This document shows positions 1 to 15,080 of a stretch of 64,000 nucleotides of DNA, piece after piece. Source of the stretch: Fimbriosthenelais zetlandica. Its lineage: Eukaryota. The position numbers were made by a program, and so were the translations under genes. Below the pieces are notes generated by a model. That model saw only the letters and a program-made list of their open reading frames with translations, made no database searches and was not told where the DNA came from. Within the stretch, counting starts at the first letter, position 1. Each line of letters starts with the position of its first letter. The stretch is taken from contig OZ365111.1 of assembly GCA_977030845.1 (NCBI GenBank), positions 40,052,001-40,116,000 of the forward strand, in the 5' to 3' direction.

Positions 1-1659
1 AGTTAATGTATGGACATGTTAAAAGGATCCACCTTTAAGCATGGAGCTCAGCTCTTTGACACTCCATCACATCCTGACCTCAACCTAATTCACCTGGGCA
101 GACATGTCTTCCCCTCAATCTATTCCTAAGACAAGCATTCCACCCCCATCTGCTTAGGAGACGCTACCTCACCTCACCTTTCCTCTCCCTCCACCTTCCC
201 TTTTCCTAGAGCTCATCCTTTTAGAAGGACAAGTTCCCTGTTACCAATTTACCTCACATGCAATCATTTGGTCAGAGCCTATAAGAATTCAGGCTCACTG
301 AAGATATGGTGTGCCATGCAGCAGTTCTTTGGAGACATAAATTTATCTCCTCTCCCTATACTATACTTCAGTGGAAAGCATAGGGAGTTTGGATATATAT
401 TCCATGGAGGAAGTTTCAAGGCTTTTCTTTATCTTGTCTTCACATCGGTAGTCACGAAGGGTTAAGCCCTGACTCGGTGAGAGGATCGTATACAGTCTCA
501 GCCACTGATTAATTGTGTTGGCCACAAGAGCGATGCTTTTGTTACAAGCTCATTATAGAAAAAATCTGAAAGGTTCAAGTTCCGCGGTCAAGCAAAAAAA
601 AGGTTGTAATGTAGAAGTGTTCATCGACATGTATTTAGTGGCACGCCTATTTTGGAGCCACACAAATAAACAAAATATGTTGATTTGCCAAACTGTTATG
701 GCAAACCAAGAATCTTCCAAAATTTTCCTGATATTTATAATTATTGTATGAATTCAAATTTATGTTCATCCATCATTTATCCATAGAAATGCATTATGAT
801 ACGCTATTAAAGGGAAGGTATTTTGTCCATTTTTGGGATGAAAACTAGCTGTCCCCAATCAAATCAACCGTGGCCTTAAGCCTGAGTCACTAATTCCGAA
901 ATGCTTATCGGGACCTTTCAGAAGACGCTGCTCCCAGCGGCTGGCCAAATTTCCTCCTTTTAACCATTTACCAAGACCTATACTCTGAGAGGATTACTTA
1001 AATTCCCATTTGGCCGTGGAAAGTGGCTCTATATTGGGTATATGGCGGTTAGGCCCGCATGGACCGATTCAGGTCCATACAGTTGGAACCATTACAGACG
1101 ACTTGTCAAGGTGCATTTTATTTGTTCTTCAGGCACTTCAGTTCAAACAGGCCTCGTTGCTGTCAGGCCATGTGATTATGATGGATGAATAGTACTTGTT
1201 GCTGAAGACGACGAAGATACAGACCTCAGATATATTTAATGGCTGCGTTGTACAACAATAGTTTATGGTTGTATAGATTGGCATGTATGTTGTAGACAAA
1301 TCTGACCCTGCAGACCACATTGAAATGCAAATAAAAACACTATCAACAGCAATATGGTACTTATATTTTCAATACAGGACAAAAAGCCTTAACTCTAAAT
1401 GTCTTTCGATTTGTTGATGAGAGCATTTGGTCAAGAAGTAGACCTACTCTAAATTGTTTCCGTAAGAACGACATAATATTTAGCTATAATTACGCTTGAA
1501 ATGTCACAGTAGCCTAAATTGTCCCTCTTCTATAGCTTTTACAATCCAATTGAGAATACTTAATGTCAAACCATTTTTATTTAGAACCATAAGTGTTATT
1601 TGAAAATCCTTCCACAGCCCATTCGATCAGTTTGATGAAGGAGGAGGCAAATTGCAGTC

Positions 1660-2350
1660 AAGAGATTTAAGATTTTAGAGATTCAGGCGGGGTGATATAA
1701 CTGTCCATATTTCAGTATCGTGGTAACACCTCATCTCATAGATCAGTAAAAGGCGGGATTCAGCACAAAAGCTCTCCTCTTCCATTCAACATTGCATCCC
1801 GTTTTATCTTCCAGGTTTTCTCGCCCTTCCAGCTGAGACGCTGGAAGACGGACATCATCCAACAAAGGGCCATGAAAATAATCCGGCAAGATCAAGGCAG
1901 GCGCTTGTGGTGGTGTGCATGGGAGGTCCAAGAAGAGGTTTTATCTTACTTTCTTGAAAAGACGGATGAACGTTTAAGGAGTGTTCGCCAATTCACGGAC
2001 CAACTATAGTCTCATGAACGAGACCGTTCTAGCTTTTGAGGGATTTTTCTGTTTCAAAACAGCATTTGCTATGATCACTGGTACGAGTATCAGCTACCAG
2101 AAAAAGCATCTCTGCCATGAAAACATTTCCTTGTCTCCTTCAGGTATATAAGACCAGGAAAGATTGAATATCGTGGCAAATGACAGCAGTCTTCAGTCAG
2201 GAAGTCTGGGAATCTTGGCAAAAGACAGCCTTCAGTCAGGCCCCAGGACCCATCAAGCATCTTCTTCCCACCGTGAAGGAAAATAAAATAAGCATGCACA
2301 ATTTTGAAGACATGACATGACAAGTTAATTTTTTTCTGGTTTCGGAAAGA
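1660..2350 (+). mobile_element. Decayed L2/CR1-type (Crack-like) LINE, C-terminal ORF2 remnant
   Basis: Motifs appear in order across frameshifts: FKILEI, KAGFSTKALL..HPVL, IIQQRAMKII, IKHLLP. They resemble the consensus KLLGV / LKRAG...IRPVLEY / IQKRALRII / LHHLLP. Confidence 0.55.
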
Positions 2351-5300
2351 ACATGTGTTTAACCAGAGGCATCCAGGGCATGCAGGGTGTGTTTTTGCTG
2401 TCCTTTCCAGTAGTAATTTCCTGCTTAAATTCCTGCTAAAGACGTCATCTATATATAAGGCAGCAGAAGACATTTTCTTTTTCTAATCATTTAGATTTAA
2501 AGGTGTGTACTACATAATTAAATAGTACAGAGATGAAGTAAGTGGGAAATCCGAACTAAGGCGGCATCCTGAACCATTCCTCTCCCATTTATCATTTCTT
2601 TTCTTCTGAGTTTTTACAAGATGCAGTATAAAACTGTGGGAGAGGGAAGGAGACTTGATTCAGACAGAGAGAAAGATGGAAACAAAGACAGACCTCATGG
2701 GAAACAGGAAAGATGGAGGACAGAATGGGAAAAGTGGCATATTGCCTTGAGTAAGAAGGGTACGTAATCGCCAAGGCAGCCCAAAGAGGAATAATCATGA
2801 TCAGAACATCATGGCTTCAGATCAAAAACGGCTTGTAGCCGTGATTAATGGAAAGGATGGTGGTTCCCTTATTTGTAGCACTTCCTGTTAAAAGGTCCTT
2901 CTGAATCTGTTATATGCATAATTTATAATTCAGAATGCACTCCATCCACTGATTTATTATCAATCGCGATGCTGCATAGTGTCATTCACATAACATTTTT
3001 TTTAGTCTTGATGACCATCTAATACATAATCCTTCATAATGTGACGTGATTTTGACACCGATTTCCTGCTAAAGTCCACAAGAGTGATGAACGAACTGGG
3101 AGTGCATATCACATGCCCCAGCTTTCTGCAACCATCTCATTTGTCTAGTGTAAGAACAGCTTACACCAAAGAGCAGGAGATTCGACCGCCTGGATATTAA
3201 TGCATAGATAAAGCGGCCGGTATCAAATGCGAAAATGTTTCCAACGAGATTCTAAAAAAAATACTAATGTCTTGAAAAAATGGCTCTTGCACCATAAGCC
3301 TTTGCCTACATCAGACTTGTGAAATACAAGGGGAAAGAAAATCCAATTAGGTTTTCCCCTGGCTTTTGGTTGGAGAAAATGACGACATTGAGTATTAAAG
3401 CAATAATCCGGTCCATGTTCTCATAAATAGGTGCATGGGATTTAAGTGCAAACCAAAAATTGGAGGTAAAATGACGCCACAGCCAATAGGTCGGGGGAAA
3501 AAATCACAAATTAAATGTTTAAATAGGACATTATTGACACAGGAGGCAGCGGTGTAAAATTTCACTTCTGGGTTGGCTTTTTGTGCTGCTCAATTTCACC
3601 TGCATGGAAACAAGACAAAACATATGCACCAGGTTTAAATTATTTGGGTTATAATCTTTTTGTCCATTAATAATGACGCAGGATTCAATGCAGTTTAACT
3701 TTCAAGTTGAAGTGTGGTGTCATTTAAAGTTGCTAACAAATGGTAGCTGACATGGCCACAGACAAGGAGGAATGCCTCTAAAGACTATACCGCCTAACAG
3801 GATGATGATAAAAGTTCCTCAATGCACAAAGCAATCAAGAGACCGGCAGAAAACTAATGGCTTCAGATTTTTCCTCCATGGGACCACTCATGAGCATAGT
3901 AGGCTAGCATAATTATGCCTTTGATTAAGGAAGTCCCTTTTGGGTATAGTGCATATGAAGGAGATAAATTATGTGCTATTTAAAAAAGATCCTAGCTAAA
4001 ATGAAGTCACAATAGATCAGTCTCACATTAGAATAAGACCTTAGGTAAGCGTATAGACCTGGTATTTGTTTCATAACTTGTCTCATGCTTTCACCAATGG
4101 TTATGGAACAGGCCCCTGCTTGCTATAGAAGTTTGCCGTCTATACTTTCGTACACCGAGGTTCAATTAGAAATCTGCCCAAGTGAAGATAATATAGGATC
4201 AATGAGGAAATAAAGCAAGTATTAATTGTGTGTTTTATGGGGAATATAAATATTCCTCTGGCCAAGCGCTCCAACAAACACGGGACCTTAAGACATTAAT
4301 CACCCGAAGATAACACTCTCTTAAGCATCTGAGCACCCCAACAGAGACAATATGAATACTTGATAAACTAGCCAGAAGCTACAATCTCTTTTATAACTTA
4401 TCAGGCTCAATAAATCTCCACGGAAGCTCATCCTCTTGGGACGGACCTACATTTAGAATTTCCCTCGCACCCTGAAAGAAAATCCAACCTACCTTTCCCT
4501 TTTCGCACCTTCTCCCTTATTTCTACAGAGCCCCCTGTTCGGACAAGATATTAAATCTGACTCGGATATTAAAATCTAATTTCAAAGCTCAATTATTTAC
4601 TTCCCTACCTACGACAAGAGAGTGGGCGAACCAATAAACCTTCTCGGATATAAAAGGAAGAATTGAGTGAACAGGATTAAAGACCTGTAGCCATATATAT
4701 TTAAAGCTGAGGGGAAAAAAGGATGCAATATCATTAAAGTGAGCCCAAGGCTTCATAGTGTAGTGTTGTCGGGGATGGAAGCGCCGCCTGGACAGGATCA
4801 AAGGACCCGTCCCTTCTGCTTGGGAGATAACCCGTGAGACAAGCTTTCTAGGAGGCTGTCTTCTGCCTAATCAATCAAATCTTGAGAGGAGAAAAAGAGA
4901 GACGGAAGGAAGTGTCTTAGAAGGCATGGTCATTTGGAAAATTTCCCTTGAAAAATCAATATTAAAGGTAACACCCGCTGAAGCTTTTTTTTAACAAGAG
5001 GAACGATCGACGATCCTCTCTGAGACACCTGGGCATTGGCTTAAATTTCAAAGCAACCCAGAAAGACATATATGACTGAGTAATAGGGGTTAAGGTTTGA
5101 CCAGTTAAAGCAACGATTGGTGGCATTTGGCTCAGAGAGTGAATATGTTCAAGTGTTGAACGCTTGAACGTGTTCGTTTTATATGAAGCATCAACTGAGC
5201 CGACCTGTTCTTTGGGTATAGCAAGAAAGGTTTCCAGGAATAGCCTATAATTGTCACCATTTTGAAGAAACATCACCTTGTTGAAGAAATAACATTTTCT

Positions 5301-8300
5301 AATAGTTTTGGAGTGTTTAGAACATGACTCTAGACGTTTTATGATAAAGTAATATTATAATGAACCCTTTCACTCCTCTGAATGTATTAATAGCAAACAG
5401 AAATTGGATTGCATAAAATATGCTACACTGTATGCTTAAGCTGGTCTAAGCCTATTAGGTTTGGAATGATACTGTAGCAAATAATTTGTGCCAATTGCCC
5501 TTACCTAAGCCGCATGTACCGCACAATTCCTGGCTCAAATTGATTCCCCCGTTGGGAAATGATGAATATCAGAAAAACCCCATAATTAGCTATGTTAATG
5601 ATGAATGAAGTATTTCACTGCAATTAAACGGAGTAGGTTTCCATGAGATATCAGCCTGGCCAGAAAAAAATTAAACTTTCTTCATTTAATTAGACAAATT
5701 AATTAACTTCAATCAAAGTGGAAAAAGGCAATGGTTGATTCTGATTCAATTCCGGGCAGGCGACAAAGAACTGGAAGGAGAGCAAGGATGCAATTTGGAA
5801 GTGTGAAGATGCCATCACTCTGAAATGCTGCAATGTGTAGGGACCGCTGAGAAAGAGATTCAACAGCTAGAGGCTATTAACACCCAGGGGAGGAAGCAGT
5901 GGATCATGATGGTAGACTGGATCAGCTCCATCTGTTGTCGAAGGTGATCTACTTGCATGAGGAGGCAACCGAATTGCCCTAAATAAGATACTGTATTAGT
6001 ATTATGATATTGAAATACTGCATTAATAATGTTTTAGGGTGGAACTGACTATCCAAGGAAACGTAGCACCTGCATGCACTAACCTATATACGTGGATCGT
6101 TTTGTGAATAGTAAATATGAATATGGTTTTATGATTAGGTGATGATTAATTGTTTCCACCAGTTCAATTTACGCCTGGGGATAGACATGCAATGCCTTAT
6201 CCATGGTCAGTGCAGGTAGAAAGCAATGATGATTGAAATATCTGGTATCCTTGAGCATAATCCCTGTCGTATATACGGACAATCCTTCTTCCTGCCTGTC
6301 TCCCTTTGGCCCAGCAGTAGTAAAACATTGTTAACAGGCGTTTGGCAATCCTGCCAACGATGGCAGCAATTTATTCACCTAATAATCTGCTTTCAGGTTC
6401 ATGAATCGGACCTTGGCTACTTCCCATTGTCCTTACTCTGTGGGTCTCACTCCACGGAAAAATGTTCTGCAGATGTCTGGGACCTTTCCTGGGAGTTTTC
6501 TCTCGGGGGTCTTGCCAATGAGGCTGTATACTTCTAGTTGGGAGATCTGCATGTCCCACATTGGTCCCTCATGTGGGCAGATGGATGGCTACACACTGTA
6601 CTTACAAACCAATTCTCCTTCAAGTATATGCGTCAGTCTTTTTACCGTTTCACAGCAATGCATAGTGCCTTTGAGATGATGCCCCATCAGTTTTAGAGAC
6701 TCATTCATCATTTGCAATAGAATTCTTGCTTGTTGGATAAACTCAATGGACAAAAAATTGCTTTCACTTGAAAGGTTCACCAGACAAGCAAATACCAATA
6801 TGGCACAGCCTATTTAGCCGTCTCCAAGTGGACACGAGCCAGAGGAGAATGAACTTTGAAGGGCTGATTTTGACCATGCTCCCCAGTCTCTGATAAGGGC
6901 CCCGAAGTTGTAGTATCAACCCTTAAGATATAATACAGCATTTCAAGCGTTCTGAGCGCTTTCAACCTGGCTCTTCTATATCTCAGCTGGAGGGGAAGAT
7001 CTGAAGAATAATATCAACTGTAAATCTGGCTTAGATATACTGACCCCCTTCTGACACCCATTACTGGTACAGAATCGGAATGTCCCTGAGCCAGATAGGA
7101 TGTCCATCGCAGCCGCGCACTTGTTCTTTGCTGGTTAATCTGATCATAGGGTTGACTAATCCCCTCAAGACCTGGGCTGGAAACTATCCATGAACTCCGG
7201 AACGCGGCCGAACCTACACAGAGCTACGATAAAATAACCCTTTTCTTGCTTGAATAACTGTTTTTTTTTGGAACGAAACAAAACAATAAATGCCGTTTAC
7301 ATTACTGGGTTATTTTACATTACACACTACTTTCATTACATTGGAACATTCTAAATAACAAATTTTGAGACCATGCCAAAAGAATAGCCTCGGGAAAGAG
7401 TTGCCTTGTACGGAAATGAAATAAGATGAGAGGGAGGCATTATTTATTTGTCAAAGGTGGTAATAGAATTAATGAAGTCTAATTGTCGGAGGCACCCAGG
7501 GTTATAAACAAAGGCACTCCATATGACCTCAAACCCGAGGAAGCTTTCCCCTGCCTCTGGGCACGGTCACAATTCAATCAGGTCCCAGTACTACCTGGCG
7601 GCCAAAATAAGAGTTAATGGAGGTGCCAGCTAGACTGGATAGTGTCATCTTGGTCAGAAGGTCTGCATAGTAGTGCCCTCTTCCGATGACAACCTTGCCG
7701 CACACTCTGCTCCTTGGGCTGACAGACCTCCAATACTAGGTGGACAATGCTAAAGGGCAGAAACCCAATTAGGCTGGGGTCAGGTCACTCTAGACCTAAG
7801 CTGGGAGTCCAGAGCAGCTGCCCTAGCTAAAAAATCCCATGGAAGCTGATTTATGATCCTCTGACCTATGGCTAAGTTAATGCACAGGGGAGAAGTGTGG
7901 TTGCCTACAAGAAGGAAACTAATACATGAACCAAAGCATATACAGGGTACCAAAATATATAACTCGGTCACACATAAAGTCTTCTGTGAATCCACTTTCT
8001 GGTCCTTTCTTTGGTCCCACAAGATTTTAAATAAAGAATACTAACCATAATGTTCTCAAATTTAAAGCCAAGCTCATTGCTCATTAATTTTGGGAAAGCT
8101 TCAAATTGGGCAAATCAATACCATGAATGAAAGACAAGCCTCAGCTGGACTCAAGTTCTAAATGAGAAACTTTTATTTTAATTCTTTCCAGAGCCTTCGT
8201 AAATGATGGCAACTGACACCATAGTTATTAGTCGCGAATCAACAGCTTTCTGCACAGCTTTTCTTGGATCCAAGAGCTGAGTTAGAGCCAGCAGCTACGT

Positions 8301-11271
8301 TTATAAATGCACCCGAGATACCTCGACTTCATCCAATAAGTATTGACAAAGTGAAACATGCTGATTCTCAGGCTTATTGCTGAAGTTCTCTTGATGTACT
8401 TCTGGGAACAAATAAAGATTCTGGACTGTGATTTGATTATTGGAAACAATATAGGCATTTGGACTTAAATGTGAAATATTCTGCACCACATTGCTTCATT
8501 CCACAGGCTTCTGGTTGAATCAAGAATCAAAAGAGATATGCACTAGCAGTCCTCTGAAAAGGTCCTCAGTGCTTATAAGCTCACATTTTCATGTATAATT
8601 AATATACCTGAATATCTCAGTGAAGCTGTTGACAAAATCTCTAAGGAGATTCTTATTCAATATACAAGTTCAAAAGCTTAATTGACAGTTCATCAAGGCT
8701 TGATGGATGAATTTTAATTATACCATGCGATTGATTGATCTTCTTTCCAAGGCTGCTAATTACATAACACTATGAAGATATTAAAATGATGAATTCCCTC
8801 CCAAGGACTTAACTCTTACTTCTAAGGCATGTGCCACGTCATCCGGGAGTCCAGTACAACTGGACTTGATGGATTTCATGGTACGGAATCATTGCAGTGA
8901 AAAGTGCTATTTGGCACCTAAATACACCGGAAGTAGATGGGAATCATTGGCCTCCAGTGAGGAGGGGGAGAAGAAGAGCCAAGCCGTGCATGTCCTGCTA
9001 ATGACCGATGCCCCCACAGTCAAAGCCCTAACTGACAGCAGCACGCCACCAAGCGGGCTTTGGATTAATTGAAACACTGTCTGTGGTGATATGGGACGCC
9101 ATTCCAGATCATTGGTACAAGCCCGCTCTCAGAAAACTACGTTTACATTCCCACTGAAAAAATCTGGCACTTCTCCGTTAATTCAATCACCCTTATTTCA
9201 TGGAACTGACTACGGTATTCTAAACATTTTTTACATGGCAATTATGGATTTTTTTGGGGGGCAGGTTCGGGGAAATTGAGCCTCGGATTGCCAGTTATGA
9301 GTTTGCAGGGGAGAGAAATTGCATAAATTTTGGAGTTATCATTCACTGACACTGCTTGATTGTGGGATGGTTTTTACCGCGTGATGTATTGATCACTAAG
9401 CTATATTAGAGGAAAACACACTTCTCGAACCCAAGTGGAGAGAGAGACAATTAAAGTTGTGTTGAGATTTGGTGCACCACTTTCAATGAGATGTAGATTA
9501 AATAAGACTATGCAGTGATTGGGACTTTTCTTTTCAGCATATCCCAATTTGGAGACGCTTGTTATTCTTCTGAAATGTTGGGCAGTCATTTATACTACGT
9601 GGCTGACACTCTGGTAACATTTTAATGATATACTTAGCGTCTCTTCCAACACAGACTTGATATTTCTTATATTCTACTGAAGCTCAATCAATTTGTCATT
9701 CAACCTGTTTCTTAAGTTTAATTAATGCATGCATCACCGCCAGGCCCGGAGAGAAATTAATCATGCTTCTCCAGCTCTGTACCCTATAGAACACATGTTA
9801 AGGACACTTGATTCCAAGAAATATCGAGTAAAATGGAATAATAATCCTTGTATTTGCTGGGTGATAAGGAGCAGCTTCGAGGTAGAAAGAATCACGAGTG
9901 CTGAAACTCGAAAGATGCTTTCTTGCTGACCTACTTTCAGTTTCCAACGAAAATTACTCTTTATGCAAGTGAATAATAATGTAGGTCCATATAGGTGTGT
10001 GTTAGCGAAAGAGCATTTTAAAATGTCTCCTTGGCAGAAATGGCATGATCATTGGACAAGGACATTAATTCTTAACAATGCTGTTCAGCTCTTAGAATGG
10101 CAGTGGCTTTCACAGACTTAATAACAAATGATTTCCATTTGGGAAATCCACCTCATTGGGACTGAGCGCGGTACAACATTCGCATCTCTAGACCAAAACA
10201 TGTACAAGTCAGTGGTCTTATTAAATTTGCAATCACAACTTTTGATGGGAGAATGGCTTCAGAAATCATTCCATCATGACAAAATGAAGGAAAGTTCATC
10301 TTGATGTTAGTGTGTCAGCATTGTCCTCCAAACTATAGCAAGAAAACCATTCATATAGGGATTTCATCCAAGTTAACATAGACAGGCGAGATGACCCCTT
10401 AAGATCAGAGGTGATGGATTCAATCAAAGCTTTGACCCAGCTATCAAACACTCTTATGACATGACAGAGCCAAGAGAAATGGGACCCCAAAACACACATG
10501 GCAGGACCAAGCTTAATAAACATTATCAGATCAAACTTGCAGGGCTTTTCCCTGTAGCTTTGTCTTCCACATTTTGTTATCGATATACACACAAGCACAC
10601 TATACAGCTCAAGTATGTATGGAACTGTACACAATTCCTCATTCTCTTCTCAAAGGCAACACTGTGTCTATCTCAAATTACACTTTATTGAATATAAAAA
10701 TAGGTCAGTATGAATCCTCTTCAGGCAAGATGAAGACTTGAGGGGGATGTGGGAGGAGAGCAGCAGAGAGAGGAGTTTGACTCGATGGAATCCCCCTGGG
10801 GTCAGTAGGAGATTCAGCAATAGGAATTGGTATTGACCCGTAAGCAGAGTAGCTTCGAATCTGTCAGAACCTACCCTAATATACACAAACCCTGCCCATA
10901 CTTATCCTCACCATGGAGTACAATCCATCTCCCCAGAGCCTCCTCCCAAGTCTTCCATAAAACTGAAGCGAATGATTGCTTACATATCTTGTCGGGCAAG
11001 CCCGCTGATATGTACATACATCAATCATGTGTGTTCAACGACTGAGGAGGAGCTTCGCTGCCTATATATATATATGTGTGTCAATCCGCTGCCACACTTC
11101 TAAAGATGTTTCAAGGAGATCGTAATTATGTACATGTCCTTAAAAGGATTTCCCAGAGGTATATTTGATACTCCCACTGTAGTAAATACTTATACATACA
11201 AGATCAAAAAGTGCGCTTGCAATGGAGGTGAATTGGCAAGAGCTTGACATTGCATATTTCTTTTATGCTAA

Positions 11272-11511
11272 AGCCCGACATCCACCAGCCCGATTTTCAT
11301 CCCGATTTTGCGATCTTAAGCGATCACAGGCTATCTAGACAACCAAAAAAGATCCGTTCTGATGATTGGGCTGGTGGATGCCAAAATCTTGGGATTGGCG
11401 CCCATTTTTCAATAGCAAATCAATAGAGAAATGATCCGTAACGACTTTATTTTGATCTTTGCCGATCACAAAAATCGGTGCCCTCAAATATCGTACAGTG
11501 GATGTCGGGCT
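11272..11511. mobile_element. Non-autonomous PIF/Harbinger-type MITE, copy 1 (240 bp)
   Basis: Perfect 14-bp terminal inverted repeats AGCCCGACATCCAC / GTGGATGTCGGGCT, flanked on both sides by TAA (11269-11271 and 11512-11514). A homologous copy lies at 35971-36209. A 3-bp TWA target-site duplication is characteristic of PIF/Harbinger. Confidence 0.85.
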
Positions 11512-14500
11512 TAAGATATGTTAGTAAAGCTATTTTGTTCTTGTCATTCAATATTGTCATGTTAGTTAATCATCGGGATGGATTCAAGCTAATTGAAATA
11601 ATTGTCCATACTAACACACGTAACCGCTTTAGTATTCATGCAATACTCTTGTTTTGTTCATTCAAATACATTCTTTGTCCATTAGGTAATATGAAGTGAA
11701 GGCAAAGGAATGTTATTTATTGCAGAAGTTGAATGAATGCAAATTACAACCAATCAGAAAGCTTGATGATGATGGGAATGCCACAAGACTGAGGGAACAC
11801 CTGCACCTGCGTTGGCGTTTGTAAAAAAAGGGGCATGTTGGATGTATTGCCACTTGAGTAAATAATTCCTAACCCTAATGGAAATAATTAAGCCATCACC
11901 ATCAGGGATGCCAGTGTATAGGGACCATGTAAATCAATGATCAAACAAAAGCACCCTTCCCATGTTGTCAGTGCTAAGAGAGTTTGACAAGAGCCCGCCG
12001 GTGTACAGTGGCGCTACATGGCTATAGCTTATAATCTTCCATCACATGGAGCGGCTTCTTAATAAGGCCGACTATGGTGCTTTACATCCCTATTATCCTC
12101 CCTCACTCATTAGGCTAAAGCTTTGAAGACCTTGTACATATGGCAAGTCTATGGGAAGCTTTTTCCATGGAAGTCTATAGGGTAGATTCCAAGATGTGGT
12201 TCATGGTCTGTTTATGGATTTGCTTGGACCATTTTCTTCGTTAAGCTTTCATTACTCATAATATTGTGCGAAGTTTGGCTTTGAAAACTTGGTAGGGGGA
12301 AGGAATTATCTCCTTTTATCTCTTTAATATATTGGACCAAAGCCCAAAGGTGGAGTTGATGGCCATGGAAGCATCTGCATTATGATGCTCTTGAACTATC
12401 TGTAGGCCTATAAGCTTAATGGCATGCATTGTTTTAATACCACTTTAAATACAAATGACAGTAATTAGGCAAGATAAACATGGGCCAACAGATTATGGAT
12501 AGGGAGTTTTCTCTCTCGCTTTCTAAGTTAGCCCTCAGCTTATTCTCATAGGAATCCAAAACGAGGCAACACATTTGATTAATTTTAATATCTTTATCTG
12601 TCTTTAAGGTCTGCTGGGAGGAAGATTATACGAAAAAGGAAAGTGAAAGAAGAGAAGTCCCTTTGCATTTACTTCGGTTATTTAAAAGCAATTGAACCAA
12701 CAAATACTGGAGTATTAAACAGTTTGCCGATAAGCCTAAAATGCCAGCGAGGATTTGCCATTCGTACAATATGATTGAGTATAAAACTTTGCCCATTAGC
12801 ATTACCGTCAGGGAAAAACACCATCAATGCTCAAAGGTATCTCTCATTACCACAGAAACTTTATGAATCATTTTAATGGACAGGGAAAGCAACAACCTGC
12901 CAGAGGGAACTAGCAGATAATTTGGCATGGAAAGCATATTTTTCATAGGCCCTGCTGCCTGGCTCTTTTGTCTCACATTCCTGATGCGAATCACACAGAC
13001 GTGCCTGTTTTGGACGACGCCTTTGGTCAATTCTTGGAGATGATACATGGCTGGGATCTGTCAAGGCTGAGCGATGGCTGAGAAGCCAGTCTGATCCCTT
13101 CAGAGCGACCCCTTCCCACCATATCTCACCTTTTCCCAGGAGAAGGCCATGCCTTACTACTTGGCTTTCCATAAACCTCACTTCCACCCACTGGCTCACT
13201 CAAATCACTCATCACTCCATCCCGGTGTTTTTGGACAGCTTCCAGCGGGTATCGCAAGTGGTTTCAGCAGTGGCTTCGTCATGCCGTGCTTCCCTATAGC
13301 CCCTCCCTCATGGGTGCCCAGTTGAAGCCACTGGAGAGAACTTGGGGGCAAGCCTCAAGACCAGATCATTACTCCTTCAGCACTGGTGAAACCCAGTCAT
13401 AGTTCAATATGGCCCGGCTATGATCTATAGGCAGCACTCGACAATCAATTGCAGATATGCCACAGGGTACCGAGTCGCCCAGCATAATGGTTCATTCTTG
13501 AATAAAAATATCAAAACTCAATCAGCTCGATACAGCCCTCCATAAAAAAACAGGAATGACTTCAGTATATTATGGACTTGCTTCTTCCAAAGAAGGCTCC
13601 ATAAGACGATTTACATCGAGCAAGCTTAAATCGATGCTTCCAGTTTCTGTTGGACTAAAACTAATCTTAAAGTTAGATAAGGGCTGCAATACTGGTATGC
13701 CAGGCAAGAGGCAATCTTGGTGTCAGCAAATGGTTATTTTTGTATGTAAAGATTAAAATGCACCATGTTCTTAACCTTTGGATCTGAGTATCATAAAAAA
13801 TAATTCTCAGCACAAGCGCTCAAGTTGGCCTTGACAATCTTTCTCTTCCGGTTGCCACAAAAGGGATGACAATGATTTTGCATAACACCCTTTGACCTGT
13901 CATTCGGTGACAGCCAAACCCGTCATAGAAAAAACACTCTGATGGTGACAGGTGAGTGAAGGGCCTAAGACGGCAACCGTGCCATGTCGATTGATCATTA
14001 CATGCCTCAGCGCCACATTAATCCCCTACCCCTTTCCCTGCCTGCCTAGATGCCATTTCCAGTGCTGTCAATAATGATAAGGCGTTTCATCTAAATGACT
14101 GTCAGTTGCAGGCGTTGCGAGCACTGCATGCTTTTCGCAGCCAGCCAAGGCTTTATAATGCTATAGCATCCCTTAAAAGGTACTGCTTGGCTGACCTCTA
14201 CTGAGAATGGGCAGAGAAGAGAGAGGGACACAGCCCGCAACGACCACCTATACATTGGTCATAGGTCCAGGCAGCCAGCACTTAGAATGTCAAAGGTCAT
14301 GCCTGAAGGCAAAGCTGGATAGGATTTACACAGATTCAGGGGTCATAATAGCCAGTGCCACCGTAGGGATGGATAGACTGAAAGGCTGATAGTGCGCTTA
14401 CAGGGACATATGTGTGCTAGCCAAGCGTTTCCTGCTGAAATTGGGCCCTGCCAAATGCCTCGGAAATTCCAGAGTATTGTATTTAGTTTTTTAAAGTTGT

Positions 14501-14899
14501 ACTGTTACAGAAGTGAATGAAATGTTTCCAAAGGCTTCATGTCACAAACGCAGAGGAAAGAAGTCTTGAATAGTTCTTTTCACGATCATACATAAGTATC
14601 TATAAGTATCTAAATTTGAAATAAAATGGGCGAAATAGACCAAAACAATCATTTGGACCAGAATCAAGTTCAGCTTGGAATAGAACAGGGCAAATATTGA
14701 TCATGAAAAAGTCTTCTTTCCACCCATCTGTGAAATTCTGGCTATTGTCTAGCACTATAGTCTTATGACAGTGGGCTTTATCAGAAGTACCTGACCTTCC
14801 ATGGAGTTGTGACTTTTCTAAAGACATATTCTTTGACATAGTCTACAGAACGAAGATTAGGGAAGGTGTCAACACCATTCGAATCAAATCAATACAAAG

Positions 14900-15080
14900 T
14901 TCATCTGATGACTGCGTGGTCGTGTACCATTCATCAGCCAAAAAATTGGCAGCCGATTCCAGCCACAATGTTCAGTGATGACATAATATGTCTGACCAGG
15001 AAATAGGTGGAAGCAGACATTGTTAGGCAAACAGAACAATGCAATAACGATGGACGTCCATCCCAATATGGCCATGTATT
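14900..15080 (-). mobile_element. Decayed LINE apurinic-like endonuclease remnant (N-terminal)
   Basis: Frameshifted DILC(I)TE.WL motif (GACATATTATGTCATCACTGAACATTGTGGCTG). Confidence 0.35.

Noticed and set aside
12870-13490. Minus-strand MLGDSVPCGI and neighbouring ORFs (possible SGNH or MADF remnant)
   Set aside because: The motifs are inconsistent between frames and I could not assign a family.
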